64,000 nucleotides of DNA, from positions 62,001 to 126,000 of the forward strand of contig JAVKOQ020000016.1 of the NCBI GenBank assembly GCA_031835245.2, read 5' to 3'. Both the position numbers and the translations under genes were made by a program. Below, piece after piece: positions 1 through 11,204 of the stretch; the first letter of the stretch is position 1; each line of letters begins with the position of its first letter. Source of the DNA: Balamuthia mandrillaris. Taxonomy: Eukaryota. A model generated the notes under the pieces. That model was not told the DNA's origin. It did not search any database and saw only the letters and a program-made list of their open reading frames with translations.

Positions 1-3000
1 TCATCATCATCACCTTCTTCTTTTCGTTCTTCTTGTGGCTTGACTCAAAAAGAGAAAGAGGAAAAAGAGACGCAAAGAAGCAGAGGAATAGTGTTGCTAT
101 CTACTTCTTTGGATGGAACGGCGCGAGTGTGGTATGTTCATGAATCGGATGAACTCAATACCGCCATTCGCAGAGAAAGACAACGACAACGAGAGCAGCT
201 ATCTCTTGGAGATTCTTCATCTTCTGCTCCTTCTTCCTCTACAAGCGAAGTACAACCAATGGACCTTTTGATGGAAGCTCAACAACAAGCCCAGAGACAT
301 GCAGAGGCATTGATCGAAGCTCGAAACGAACAGGCCGAACAACAACAGCAAGGAAGAGATGATAATGGAGGCGGATCTGTAACCAGCATAACTGGATCAG
401 ATGGTTACGTTCAGCCTCGGTGTGCTGTGTTTCGGCATCCTACTCCTGGCAGCGAGATTCTCTGCTCCTCTTTCCATCGGTATTCTATTTTGTGCTACTT
501 TCTTTCTTGTCGTTCCTTCCTTCCTTCCTTCCTTCCTTCCTTCCTTCCTTCCTTCCTTCCTTCCTTCCTTCCTTCCTTCCTTCCTTCCTTCCTTCCTTCC
601 TTCCTTCCTTCCTTCCTTCCTTCCTTCCTTCCTTCCTTCCTTCCTTCCTTCCTTCCTTCCTTCCTTCCTTCCTTCCTTCCATTCCTTCCTTCCTTCCTTC
701 CATTCCTTCCTTCCTTCCTTCCTTCCTTCCATTCCTTCCTTCCTTCCTTCCTTCCTTCCTTCCTTCCTTCCTTCCTTCCTTCCTTCCTTCCTTCCTTCCA
801 ATTCTTTTCCTCACATTGGTGGTTCTTGTAGAGATTGTAAACAGTTTGCAACAGGATGTACAGATGGTTTTGTTAGAGTTTGGTGGATAGAGCCGCCGAG
901 CATCGCCTTTCATCTCTCTGGTCACACCAATGCTGTGCATTGTGTGCTCTATTCCAATGCTGGCGATCACTTACTCTCTGCGTACGTTCTTTCTTGTCTT
1001 TTCTTTCTTGTCGTTTCTTTCTTTCTGTTCATTTTTTGTGACGTAATGGACATCTTTAGGTCTTGGGATGGCACAGCAAGAGTATGGACGTGCGATGACG
1101 GCTCCTTTGTAGAGTGTACGTACACGCCGCTTCGCTTTTTACATAGCTGCATTTCTTACTCCGTCATTTCTTTGTTCCTTTTTGCAAAACTTTCTGTCTT
1201 CACGACTATTAATCGATAATTCCTTACTTTAGTACACTTTCAGCCGCCTTCTTCCTCCTCCTCATCTTCTTCATCTTCGCAACAATCACAACCTCAACAA
1301 CCTTTAGCCGATCTCCCCTCGACAATAGCAACATCCGAAGATGATGTCATGGTCATCGACACCGCTTCATCAACACGAGAACAACAAACACAAGAACAAG
1401 AAAGTAATCGACGCATGCTTCGACCTCGTCGTAGTCGTCGAGGAGCCAACAACTCTTCGTCTGCTTCTTCTTCCGCTTCTTCCAACACTACTCCACAACA
1501 ACAGCAAGCAGTTATCTTTGTGACCATGGCTCTTTGGAGTTTGGATGATCGTTTCGTGGTTACTGCTCTCTCTGACTTTACCATTCGCATTTGGAATGCG
1601 AGAACGGGAGAGTTGCTTCACACGTTGAAGGATCATTCCAACTATGTCTACATCTTGGATAAGCATCCTAATGACCCACGCTTGTTTTTGAGCGCTGGTT
1701 ATGATGGATTGGTTATTCTTTGGGACATGAGAGAAGGAAAACCTATCAAAAGTTTGTCTCTTAATTTCCTCCTTTTGATTTTCATCCACATGTTGCTGAT
1801 CATCTGCTTTCAACTACAGTTCATAAAAACTCCAACAATCAGCTTTATGATGGTCGCTTTGCTCAAGATGGTATACATTCTCTTCCTTCTCCTCTGCTAA
1901 AACGGTTCCTTCTTACATTTGAAAAAAACTTGAAACGTAAACAAAAAAATAGGATCTCATTTTGCAGTTTCCGATCATGAGGGCCATCTCACCCTCTATG
2001 GTACTGGCTCTCGTCGACGGTACGCCGGAGTGCCCCTCGAACAATTCTTTCACACCGACTACAGCCCTCTCTTGAGAGACAGCAATCATTGGGTAATTGA
2101 TCAACAGACTCAACTGCCGCCTCACTTGATGCCCCACCCTGTGTTATGCACTGTAAATGGCACTCCTTATGCTCAGCAACCACCTGAGTTTACTGGAGGT
2201 ACTTCATCCTCTCTCTCTCTCTCTCTTGACAATAATGCTAATGAATTGAGAAAACAGTGATTCACAGAGTGGCAGTTGATGTGAACGAGTACGAAGCGTT
2301 AAGAGAACAGCCACCTCCCCCTCGAGAGAGACAAAGGTCATCCTCTTTTGCTCAGGTTTTCTTCCCTTTTACTAAATCATCCTTTTACAAAAAAACAGAG
2401 TGCGTTATTACAGAGATGAAGACATAGAGCTCATCTCTTCTAATATGCCAAAGTATGTTTGTTCTCTTCTTTCTCCATTCTTTTCGCTTCTTCCTTCATT
2501 TGGATTTATTTATCTTATTATATTTAAAATCAACAAAACGATCAGCGATGATCTCCTAGAGGAAGCTCGCGACCCTGACTTTAGCGCTGAAGATGAAGAC
2601 TCTGAGCCTGGCGAATTCTTCTTCTATGACGACGATGAAGATGATTCTGAATACGAACAAAGACCCTCTCGCAGCAGAGCATCGACAAGAACAAGAACCA
2701 GAAGAGGAAGAGCTCCACCTCAAAGAAGACGACCAGGTCGCCCTTCTTCAAGATCTTCACGCGAGAATGAAGAACAAGAAGTTGAAGTGGAATTAGTGGA
2801 TGAAGAAGAGGAGGAAGAAATCGTGGACATAGAAGAGGAGGAGGAAGAAGACGAATATGAACAAGCTACGAATCAAAAACAACCCGTAAGACGGTCTACC
2901 AGAAAGCGAAAAGCAAAACACTATGATATGGACTCATCTTCTGCAGAAGAAGCAATGCAAAAGGAAGACGAAGAGGACGATGAAGCGATGATGACAGAAG

Positions 3001-3840
3001 CAGAACGAATGAGAAGAAAAGAAAAAAGAGAAGAAGAACGGCGTCTGCGCAGAGAAAAACGAGAACGTATGAAAGAAGAACAACAACAAGCCTCTTCTGC
3101 TAAGCGTCGACAACGTTCGCCCCAGATCGAAGATGAGGAAGACAAACAGGAAGCAAGAGAAAAGCAACAACCACAACAACGTACCAGGAAACGACTTAAA
3201 CCTGCTGTCATAAGAGCGTGGCCTAAATGGTTGACGCAAACCTGTCCTGATCCTCATTGCTTCATACCTCAGGTACACCCTATCTGATCCTTATTTCTTT
3301 TCTAATTCATTCTCGCTTTCTCACTTTGTTTTTGACTTAACACTATTACAAAGATAGGAGATGAGGTGATGTACTTTCGGGAGGGTCATCAAGCCTACAG
3401 AGAAGAATTCCGTTTCAATTGTTTTACTCAAGAACCTATCCCCTCTTATCTCCTCGCTATGAAGCAAAGCAGCTCCATCTCTTCTTCTTCTTCTTCCGCA
3501 ACTCTGAACCTTGCTGCTATAACGACGAGAGCGGACGAAGAAGGTGACAACACCAACGCCTACACCGATGGATTAAACGAGATGGATGGGAGACGGAAAA
3601 AACGTCATCGGAGAAGAGAGGCAGAACCTCGGGTGCCTCCGTGGGTCTTATTTCAGGATCTGCGACCCGAAGAACGGTGTCGCATTTTAGGTTTGTAATT
3701 TTATATTTTTCTTCTTTCTTCTTACAACCTTTTTCTTAATTCTTTCTTTTGTGTGTTTAAAACAACAGACATCGAATATAAGTTGGGCGTAAATGGTATT
3801 TACTGTGAGCTCAAATTAGAACTTCTCGATCACCCTCTTC

Positions 3841-3874
<34 letters not shown>

Positions 3875-5817
3875 TGCGCTTCGTAACCACTTCTTCTACG
3901 TCAGCTATCATCCAAGCCATCTCCCTGAATTTCTCGTCCTTAAGTCCACTTTTGATGCTGCTGTCCAAGTTCGGTGGACGGTTGGCAAATGGCTCAAAAT
4001 GTATTACAGTGATCAACAAGAAGAACAATCTACAACAAGCGAGCCAACACGACAACAACGCAAAGACAAAGAGAGAGCAACAGAAGAAGATGATGATGGT
4101 GATGATGAAGGAGGAAAAGGATGGTACAGAGGAATTGTGATGCAAAACTTGGCGAGTGAAGATAATCATTGGGAATGTTTACAAGTCAAATGGGGGAGAA
4201 AGATATCTCGAGAAGATGAAGAAAAAACAGATGAAGAAGCGCAACAAGAAGAAGCAGAACAAGAGTTTGATAGCCAAGCGGAAGTATCGGCGGTTAGCCC
4301 TTGGGAAGTGAAAGAGTACTCCCCTGCTTTTGCTCAGAAGGACGAAGAAGAAGAATTAGAACTCAGCGAAAAAGAGGATGAGGATAGTGCCAACACAACA
4401 AAACGAAGAACATCGACGAGAATGATGAGTCTTCGAGAGAGAAAACGGCGTTCCAAAGGAAAAGAAAAAGTACCTTCAACAACAACGGACGCCGGCGACA
4501 ATGAACTTCGGCATCGAAAACTCTCCCCTCCTTCTCGTTCTGTTGTAAATCGGTTGCTAAGAACGTTGGAAGGAATGAGCGATGTGGAGGAGGCAGCGTT
4601 GTTTTGGGAACCGGTTTCGTTGGAGGACTATCCGACGTACTCTCAGTCAGTGTTTTGCCCGGTGGATCTGCAGCTCATCCAACAACGCCTTTTGCAACGT
4701 TATTATCGCTCTATCTTGGTACCAATTCTTCTCCTCTTTCCCATGTTCTCTGCTACCCTCTTCCCTCTTCTATGCTTCTCTCTTCTCTGCTTCTCATTTG
4801 TTCTTTCCATTTCTGCTTCGTTCTCACTTCCGTCTGGTCAACAAGCCATTAGAAGGAGACATCAAACGTTTAGCAGAGAATGCTGAGCGGTTCAACGGAA
4901 GCGACTCTCCAGTAACGACCGATGCCAAAGCCTTGGTACAGATCCTGTTTGAGGCTCTTCAAACAGGAATGATAGAAGCAGATATCAATGAAGATGATGA
5001 AGAAGAAGGCGCGGTAAAAGAAGAACAAGGACAAAAAGGAAAAGAGAAGCAAGACAAAGGGAAGACAAAGATCAAAAACACTTTCTTCTTTGCTGCTTCA
5101 CGACCAACGAAAGAAGAACAGACAGGCGAAGAAGAAGAAAAAAGAGAACAACAAGAAGAACAAAAAGAGTTGGTGGGAGTTAGACGAAGTCAGAGAAAGC
5201 GAAAAGTCATTCTGTTCGACGAAGAATCGGAGGAGGAAGAAGGCATCACCTCCAAAACGAACAAACGCAAACAACAAAAGCAACTTTCAACACAACAAAA
5301 GAAGAAAACAAAGGCAATAGACGAAGCACCACAAGAAGAAGCAATGACACAACGGCCAACAAGAAAGAGAAAGAAGCCACAACGCTACTCTCAACAAGAA
5401 GAGGAGGAGGAAGAAGAGGAAGAAAGACCGCCACAACAAAGAAGGAGCTACAACAAAAAGAGACGATTGTTGAAGATGATAGATGATGGCGGAGATGACT
5501 TTCGAGATGGAGAGTACTATGCTGAGGAGGAAGAAGATGAAGGCGATGAAAATGAAGAAGAGGCTGAACAAAGCGGACTTGTCTTGAGATTGCGGTTGAA
5601 CGGAGCAACTCGCAGCAACAACTACAATAACGCAGAAGCAGAAGAGCGAGAAGAAGGAAACATGAACAGAAGAGGCAGACAAACAAGAAGAACGTCAACA
5701 CGAACAAATTTCTTCCAACTGGAACAGGAGGAAGAGGAAGAGGAAGAACCCTATGAAGAAGAGGAAGAGGACTATGAAGAGGAGGAAGATGAGAACGATG
5801 AGGACTTTTCAGAATAA
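1..5817 (+). CDS. BRWD1/PHIP-like WD40-repeat and bromodomain protein; multi-exon, 5' end outside the window
   Basis: WD40 repeats (STSLDGTARVW, ATGCTDGFVRVW, LSGHTNAVHCV, SAGYDGLVILWD). BRWD-typical EQFFHTDYSPLLRDSNHWVIDQQTQLPPHLMP and PQ..D.VMYFREGH segments. Tudor-like 'VSPWE'. Bromodomain LFWEPVSLEDYPTY..PVDL...NAERFNG split by an intron. Acidic tail, stop at 5817. Confidence 0.9.
513..798 (+). repeat. (TTCC)n microsatellite inside an intron
   Basis: Near-perfect TTCC tandem array between a GT donor (~480) and an AG acceptor (~831). Confidence 0.95.
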
Positions 5818-5838
5818 ACAAACAAAAACTTTAAACAA

Positions 5839-5876
<38 letters not shown>

Positions 5877-5877
<1 letters not shown>

Positions 5878-6399
5878 TAAAGGTAGATCTGATCAGGGTT
5901 CTGTTTGCGGTTGAGCTCGGCGGTGAAGCGCTCCTCCAACAAGCCCACCTCGCTCATCAGGTCACCGATGGAGGTGGTGAGGGCGGCCATGGGGGAGGAG
6001 TTGTGGTTGGTTTGGATCTTGACCACCACGTCGTACTGCAGCGGGTGAGGCACCTTGTAGCCCGCAAAGAGCACATCGGGGTCTCTGTGCAGTTGCCTGG
6101 GTATTTCGTTTACATAAGAAGAAGAAATGGAAGAAAGAGAGAAAAACGAACATTCGGATAAGGTTTCCGATGGTATGGTCCTCTTTGCGGATCACAAAGG
6201 TGGCAGCATTTTGTATCCGGGTGTCCTTTTCATAGGTGATTCTGATTCAGAATCAGAGAAGAAGATTTTAATCCATTAGATTTCAGCTTCATTCCCTAGA
6301 GATGGAGAGAGAAATGGGGTGGGAGGGAGGGGGAACAACGACGCACTTCTTCTCTCCTTCCTTCAACACAAAGAGCTCGTGCGGTTCTGGCTTGTTCAT
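5877..6399 (-). CDS. RPB11: RNA polymerase II subunit RPB11, 3 exons
   Basis: Manual splice gives MNKPEPHELFVLKEGEKK/ITYEKDTRIQNAATFVIRKEDHTIGNLIRM/QLHRDPDVLFAGYKVPHPL. EDHT.GN and FAGYKVPHPL are RPB11 signatures. Confidence 0.96.
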
Positions 6400-6786
6400 C
6401 CTTTCTCTTTTTCTTTGCTTCTTCGCAACAAATGAAAAAAATAATGATCGGAATGCACATTCCTTTCATATTTATATTTCTTTTTACACAAATTCAATTA
6501 TCGACAACTTTTTTTGCATCCATGATAGTTTGTTGATGTATCGATAACCATTGTATATTATCGATAAAGAGCTAAAAGCAGTAATGCAGCCTTCTTGCTC
6601 TCTCCTCTCCATCTCCTCCTCTCCTCCTTCTTCTTCTTCTCCTGCTCCCATCGTGGTCTTCTCCTTCTCATCCGTTTGCTGCTTTCCGTTACGCTCCATG
6701 CGTCTCCCTTCGAAAGTGAAAAAAACCCAAAACAAAAAAAATAATAAAACACTATATTGTTTGTTTAAAGCAAAGAAAGAAAAGAA

Positions 6787-6823
<37 letters not shown>

Positions 6824-6883
6824 AAGAAAGAAAGAGAGAAAGCAAACAAAAAACAAAAAAACAACAAACAAATTATAACAATA

Positions 6884-8074
6884 TTACATAAGGGACTTGA
6901 GCTCCCGCATGTCTTTCTCCAACTTGCTCACCAGCTCGTCCAGCTCGGCAAAGTCCGAGTCGGTGACCGGGTTGGAGCTGGAGCCAACCGTCTTCCTCCT
7001 GGTCAGAGCGGGCGGGGGACGAGCCACCGGCGGAGGGCCGGCCGGCTTCGCGGGGGGAGGACGACGCAGGGATCCTGGCGAGCCACCAGGGGCGGCGCCG
7101 GGTCTGCCAGCTGGAACGGGGGGTTTGGCGGCGGCGGGGACGGGAGGGGCCACACGAGAGGGAGGGGCGCCACCGCTGGAGGGGCCGGCAGCAGAGGAGG
7201 AGATCCAGTTGGCCTGTTCGATGACCTCTTCCTCCTCCTCCTCCTCTTCGTCGTTGTTGTTTGTGTTGGAGGCGGACGCAGAAGAAGAGGGAGAGGAAGG
7301 AGGGGAAGGGGAGCGGGTGGGAAGACCTCCCCTGGGTGGTGAAACAGAGCGAGTCATGCTTGGCGGACGCGAGGGCAAGGCCGGTTTCACGATACCAGCA
7401 GGCACTCCCACAGCACTGCCGGAGGAGGCCATGGGGGGCCTGCCGGGCAAAGAAGGGGGTCCACCAGCGGCACCTCCAGGAGTAGGAGGCATGCCGCGGG
7501 TGGGAGGAGCGCCGCGAGTGGGGGGAGCCCCACGTACGGGGGGTGGAGCCCCTCTGGTAGGGCCGCCTGGAGAGCCGGGGCCAGAAGGCGATCCTCCAGG
7601 AGCAGGTCCACGGGTAGGAGTAGGGGGAGTTGTAGGTATTCCTCTTGTGGGAGGTCCTCCAGGGGCTCCTCCTCTGGTGGGAGGTCCTCCAGGAGCTCCT
7701 CCTCTGGTGGCAGGGCCTCCAGGGCCGCCAAAGCCTCCCCTAGTGGCTCCTGTGGCAGGCGCGCCTCCGAACCCGCCTCGGACGGCAGGGGCTGGGCTGC
7801 CACGAGCGGGAGGACCGCCGGCAGCGGCAGCAGGCGAGGGAGAAGGAGAGGCAGGGCCAGCAGGAGCGGCACCCCCGGCCGCTCCTTCGAGCTTGACGTA
7901 GGTGGCGGGCACGTAGCCCACTTGGCCGTTGATCTGGCCGGCCCACCAGCCGTTGTCGTACTGGGTGGTGATGACGATGGCGTCCCCCTTCTTGAAGCTC
8001 AGCTGGCGGAGCTGGGCGTTGCCTTGAAAGTCATAGAGAGCCACTCCACGCTGCGGTTGCTGCTGTTGGCTCAT
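6884..8074 (-). CDS. SH3-domain protein with Gly/Pro/Ala-rich region and C-terminal amphipathic helix; single exon
   Basis: N-terminal SH3 (ALYDF...LSFKKGD...GWWAG...GYVPATYV), PTRG(G) repeats, GC-rich codon usage. Confidence 0.88.
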   Translation of the reverse strand: MSQQQQPQRGVALYDFQGNAQLRQLSFKKGDAIVITTQYDNGWWAGQINGQVGYVPATYVKLEGAAGGAAPAGPASPSPSPAAAAGGPPARGSPAPAVRGGFGGAPATGATRGGFGGPGGPATRGGAPGGPPTRGGAPGGPPTRGIPTTPPTPTRGPAPGGSPSGPGSPGGPTRGAPPPVRGAPPTRGAPPTRGMPPTPGGAAGGPPSLPGRPPMASSGSAVGVPAGIVKPALPSRPPSMTRSVSPPRGGLPTRSPSPPSSPSSSASASNTNNNDEEEEEEEEVIEQANWISSSAAGPSSGGAPPSRVAPPVPAAAKPPVPAGRPGAAPGGSPGSLRRPPPAKPAGPPPVARPPPALTRRKTVGSSSNPVTDSDFAELDELVSKLEKDMRELKSLM

Positions 8075-8862
8075 TTTGTGTCTCTGTTATTTGATATTGT
8101 TGTTTTTTTTTCAAAAATTGTGTATTGTTGAGATGATTAGAAGAGTTTTTGTGGAGAAAGAATAACAACAAAACAGGTGCGAAAGAGAGAACAAGAGAGA
8201 GAGAGAGAGAGAGAGCTACAAAAATGAAGATCCACTATGAAGAAGAAAGTTAAAAAAATATTGAAAATAATAAAAAAAAAAGAGGAGAGATGACAAACAT
8301 GTCCACACGAGGAAGACGAAAAATAAAATACGAAAATATTTTTTTTAAAAAAAAGCTAACCTGAACAGTGATTATTTTTTTTTTTCTTAGCGTTGTTTTT
8401 ACGTTGAGGAACAAAGAAACGGGGGCAAAGCAAGCGGCCAAAACCAAAAGCTCTTTCTTTCTATTTCTTCTTTTTGTGTTTTCCCCTTTTTTTATTTTTG
8501 TATTGCACTTTTTTTAAATAAATCAATGGAATTAATTGTCGACATGATGAATTATCGTAATAATCGGACCTTATTTGGTTAAATGGTTGATATTTGTCGA
8601 ACAAATACAGACGGTGGTGTCCTCCTGTGGTGGTCAAGCTGACCAAGAACTGACGCCAAAGAACTCTCTTGCAGCCGAAGAAGATGGCAAAGCGGAGCAA
8701 CAGAGAGTTGCTCTCGCAACAGCGCACATTTACTGCTGCAATGGTTGAACCTCTCTTCTCCTTCTTCTCCCTGTTTTCTTTACCTACTACCCAAAAAAAA
8801 AAAGATACAGAAAAAACAGTACGTGTTTTATTACAGAGAGAGAGAATGAGAGAGAAGGTTGG

Positions 8863-10623
8863 TTAACTGTAATATGTAAAGTCCTTTTGGGTGCTCCTGT
8901 GTTTGGTTGAGTAGGGTAGGCTCTCGTCCTCGTCGTCATCCTTTACTTTCGCTTTCTTGTCTTCTTCTTTCCTCTCTTCTCTCTCTTCTTTTACTACTGC
9001 TATAACTTCCTCGTCTTCATCTTCTACCTCTTTTTCTGCTCGCTGTTCCTTCACTTCTTCCAATTCTTCTTCTTCCTCCTCTTCCTCCTCTTCTTCTTCA
9101 TCACTCGAGTCAGTCCATACACTCGAATCGCTGCTTGAGCTTTCCTCTTCTTGTGCTCCTCCATTCTTCTTCACCACTGCTTTATACTTTCTTTGCAATC
9201 GCTTCAAACTCTTCTTTAGCTTCTTTGCTTTCTTTCTCATGTTCTCCTGCCAATACTCTGCCTCCATTCTTCTCTCTCCCTCCTTCTGGAGAGCGTCCAT
9301 CAAGTCCTTCTCCACTCTCTGCAGCTTCCTCTCGTACTCCTCGTTGCTCTCCAACAAAGCCATTCGTCGCTCTCGCCCTTTCTCCACTTGAGCTTGCAAG
9401 TAACGAATCTTCTTCTTGCTCGCTTTGGCAGAGAGTTTCATGTCCTTCATCTTTTCCTCATAGGTGTAAACCAGGTCCTCCATTCTTTTCCGGTTGCGTT
9501 TCTCTTGCCACCATTTCTCCTTCCACTTCTCCACATTTTCTTTACCATCTTCACTGTCCTCATCATCATCATCCTCTTCATCGTCATCCTCTTCTTCCTT
9601 GTCGTTGTCTTTGTCTTTATCTTCCTCCTTGGCGGTGTTGTTGTTGCTGCTGGCTGGATCATGCCTTGATGTCTCCGCTTTTTGCTGCAGCTCTTCCAGG
9701 GCCAACACCAGGTCCGCCACCTTTTGGCGCAGGATGGTCTCTTCCCGTTTGAGCTGCTCCCTCTCCCCCTCCATCCTGGCCAGCGTCTCCTGCAGGCCGC
9801 CGATCTCCCCATCCTTGTCCCTCAGCTCGTTCTCCAGCTGCCGGATCTGGTCCAGCATCAGGCTGCGCTTGTTGTTGTTGCTGCTGCCGTCGTCGTGGTG
9901 GCCGTCGCGATTATTTTGTCGATTTTTCTTGTACAATTCCAAAGTTTGTTCCAGCGTCCGATTATCGAGAATTTGTTTTTCCAGGCAGTGCGTCAGCACG
10001 TCGATTCTTCGCGCATATTCCTGCAATCTTTCGTCCTCCTCGCAATTATTATCGTTATTGGTGTGAGGATGATGACGCGGCGAGCCAGCGGAGGAGATGA
10101 TGATGTCATCATCGTAGAGATCTTTTGAATTACCATTGGCGTTTTGAATTTTTGAGGAGGAGAGAGCAACTTTGTGATTGGCGGCGGCGGCGGCGGAGAG
10201 GGAGCGTCGATTGGAGGAGAGAGGAGGGGAGAGAGGCGGAGAGGAAGAGGAGAGAGGAGGGGAGGAAGAGAGGAGAGGTGGGGAGGAGGTGCCGGGGGAA
10301 GAGGAAGCGGAGAGAGTGGTGAAGGAGGAGGAGAAGGAAGAATCTGAGGTAGAGGAAGGAGGAGGAGCAGCGTCAGAGGTCGAAAGGGAATAAGGAGGAG
10401 AAGAAGTAGAGTCGTGGTTGGTGTTGTTCGTATGGTGGTGGTGAGAGGAGGAGAGAGAAGGCGAGGAGTGGTTATACCGCAGTCGAGCGCCGCGAGGGGG
10501 AGAAGTAGGGGCTGAAGCGGTAGTAGTAGTAGAAGAAGAAGGAGATGATGTATTGGAAGAAATTGAAGAAGAAGAGGATCCAGAGGAGGACCGAAGGCCA
10601 AGAAAACTTCTTGCAGCCTTCAT
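8863..10623 (-). CDS. Ser-rich, coiled-coil hypothetical protein
   Basis: Long open frame with a likely ATG (MKAARS) at 10623 and heptad-like E/K/L/Q-rich segments. An extra 3' exon near 8500-8790 cannot be excluded. Confidence 0.7.
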   Translation of the reverse strand: MKAARSFLGLRSSSGSSSSSISSNTSSPSSSTTTTASAPTSPPRGARLRYNHSSPSLSSSHHHHTNNTNHDSTSSPPYSLSTSDAAPPPSSTSDSSFSSSFTTLSASSSPGTSSPPLLSSSPPLSSSSPPLSPPLSSNRRSLSAAAAANHKVALSSSKIQNANGNSKDLYDDDIIISSAGSPRHHPHTNNDNNCEEDERLQEYARRIDVLTHCLEKQILDNRTLEQTLELYKKNRQNNRDGHHDDGSSNNNKRSLMLDQIRQLENELRDKDGEIGGLQETLARMEGEREQLKREETILRQKVADLVLALEELQQKAETSRHDPASSNNNTAKEEDKDKDNDKEEEDDDEEDDDDEDSEDGKENVEKWKEKWWQEKRNRKRMEDLVYTYEEKMKDMKLSAKASKKKIRYLQAQVEKGRERRMALLESNEEYERKLQRVEKDLMDALQKEGERRMEAEYWQENMRKKAKKLKKSLKRLQRKYKAVVKKNGGAQEEESSSSDSSVWTDSSDEEEEEEEEEEEELEEVKEQRAEKEVEDEDEEVIAVVKEEREERKEEDKKAKVKDDDEDESLPYSTKHRSTQKDFTYYS

Positions 10624-11204
10624 TTGTTTTTTTTTTTTGGGTTTGTTCGTTTGGGGTTGTTTTTTTGTTTTTGGTTCGTTTGGGGGGAAGGGAGAGGAGA
10701 GGTTAAGCAACTCCTCCTCCTGAGCCTCTCCTTAACTTTCTTTTTTGTTCTTTTTCTTCTTCGTTTTATTTCTTGTGGTTGTCGCCCTAATTTCTTCTTT
10801 GTTTAAACTGTGGGAGGAAACAATCGCGCCGGGCGGAGCAGAGGGGAATGTCCACCGTCAACAAGGTATTTCCCTGTGGACACCTTTTGCTCGCAAGCGA
10901 GGATCCAGAGGAGGGTCCGAAATTTTAGAATTGAATTTTAAAAGGAAATTTGATGGCGTAGCGTTTGATTTTCTATTGGGTTGATTTCAAAGTCGACTAA
11001 ACATCCGATTGGTCAATTCATGATGCATGCCTTCCATTCTTCGCATTCCAAAGGAAGGAAGTGACGAAAAAGAAAAGAAAGAAAAAACTTCTTTCCTCTC
11101 CAGCTTCCTCTCTTCTTCTTCTTCTTCTTCTTCTTCTTCTTCTTCTTTCCTCTGCTTCCCTTCTTTCCTCTCTTTCTTCGTAGCTTAAAAAAAAAAGTGC
11201 ATTC

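Noticed and set aside
397..970. ORFs of repeating PSFL / EGRK
   Set aside because: They are translations of the intronic (TTCC)n microsatellite.
6551..7901. Long plus-strand ORFs opposite the SH3 gene
   Set aside because: They are antisense shadows of GC-rich, low-complexity coding sequence.
8461..8866. Complex sequence downstream of the coiled-coil gene, possibly an extra exon or small gene
   Set aside because: I could not assign a convincing splice phase or motif; it may be 3' UTR.
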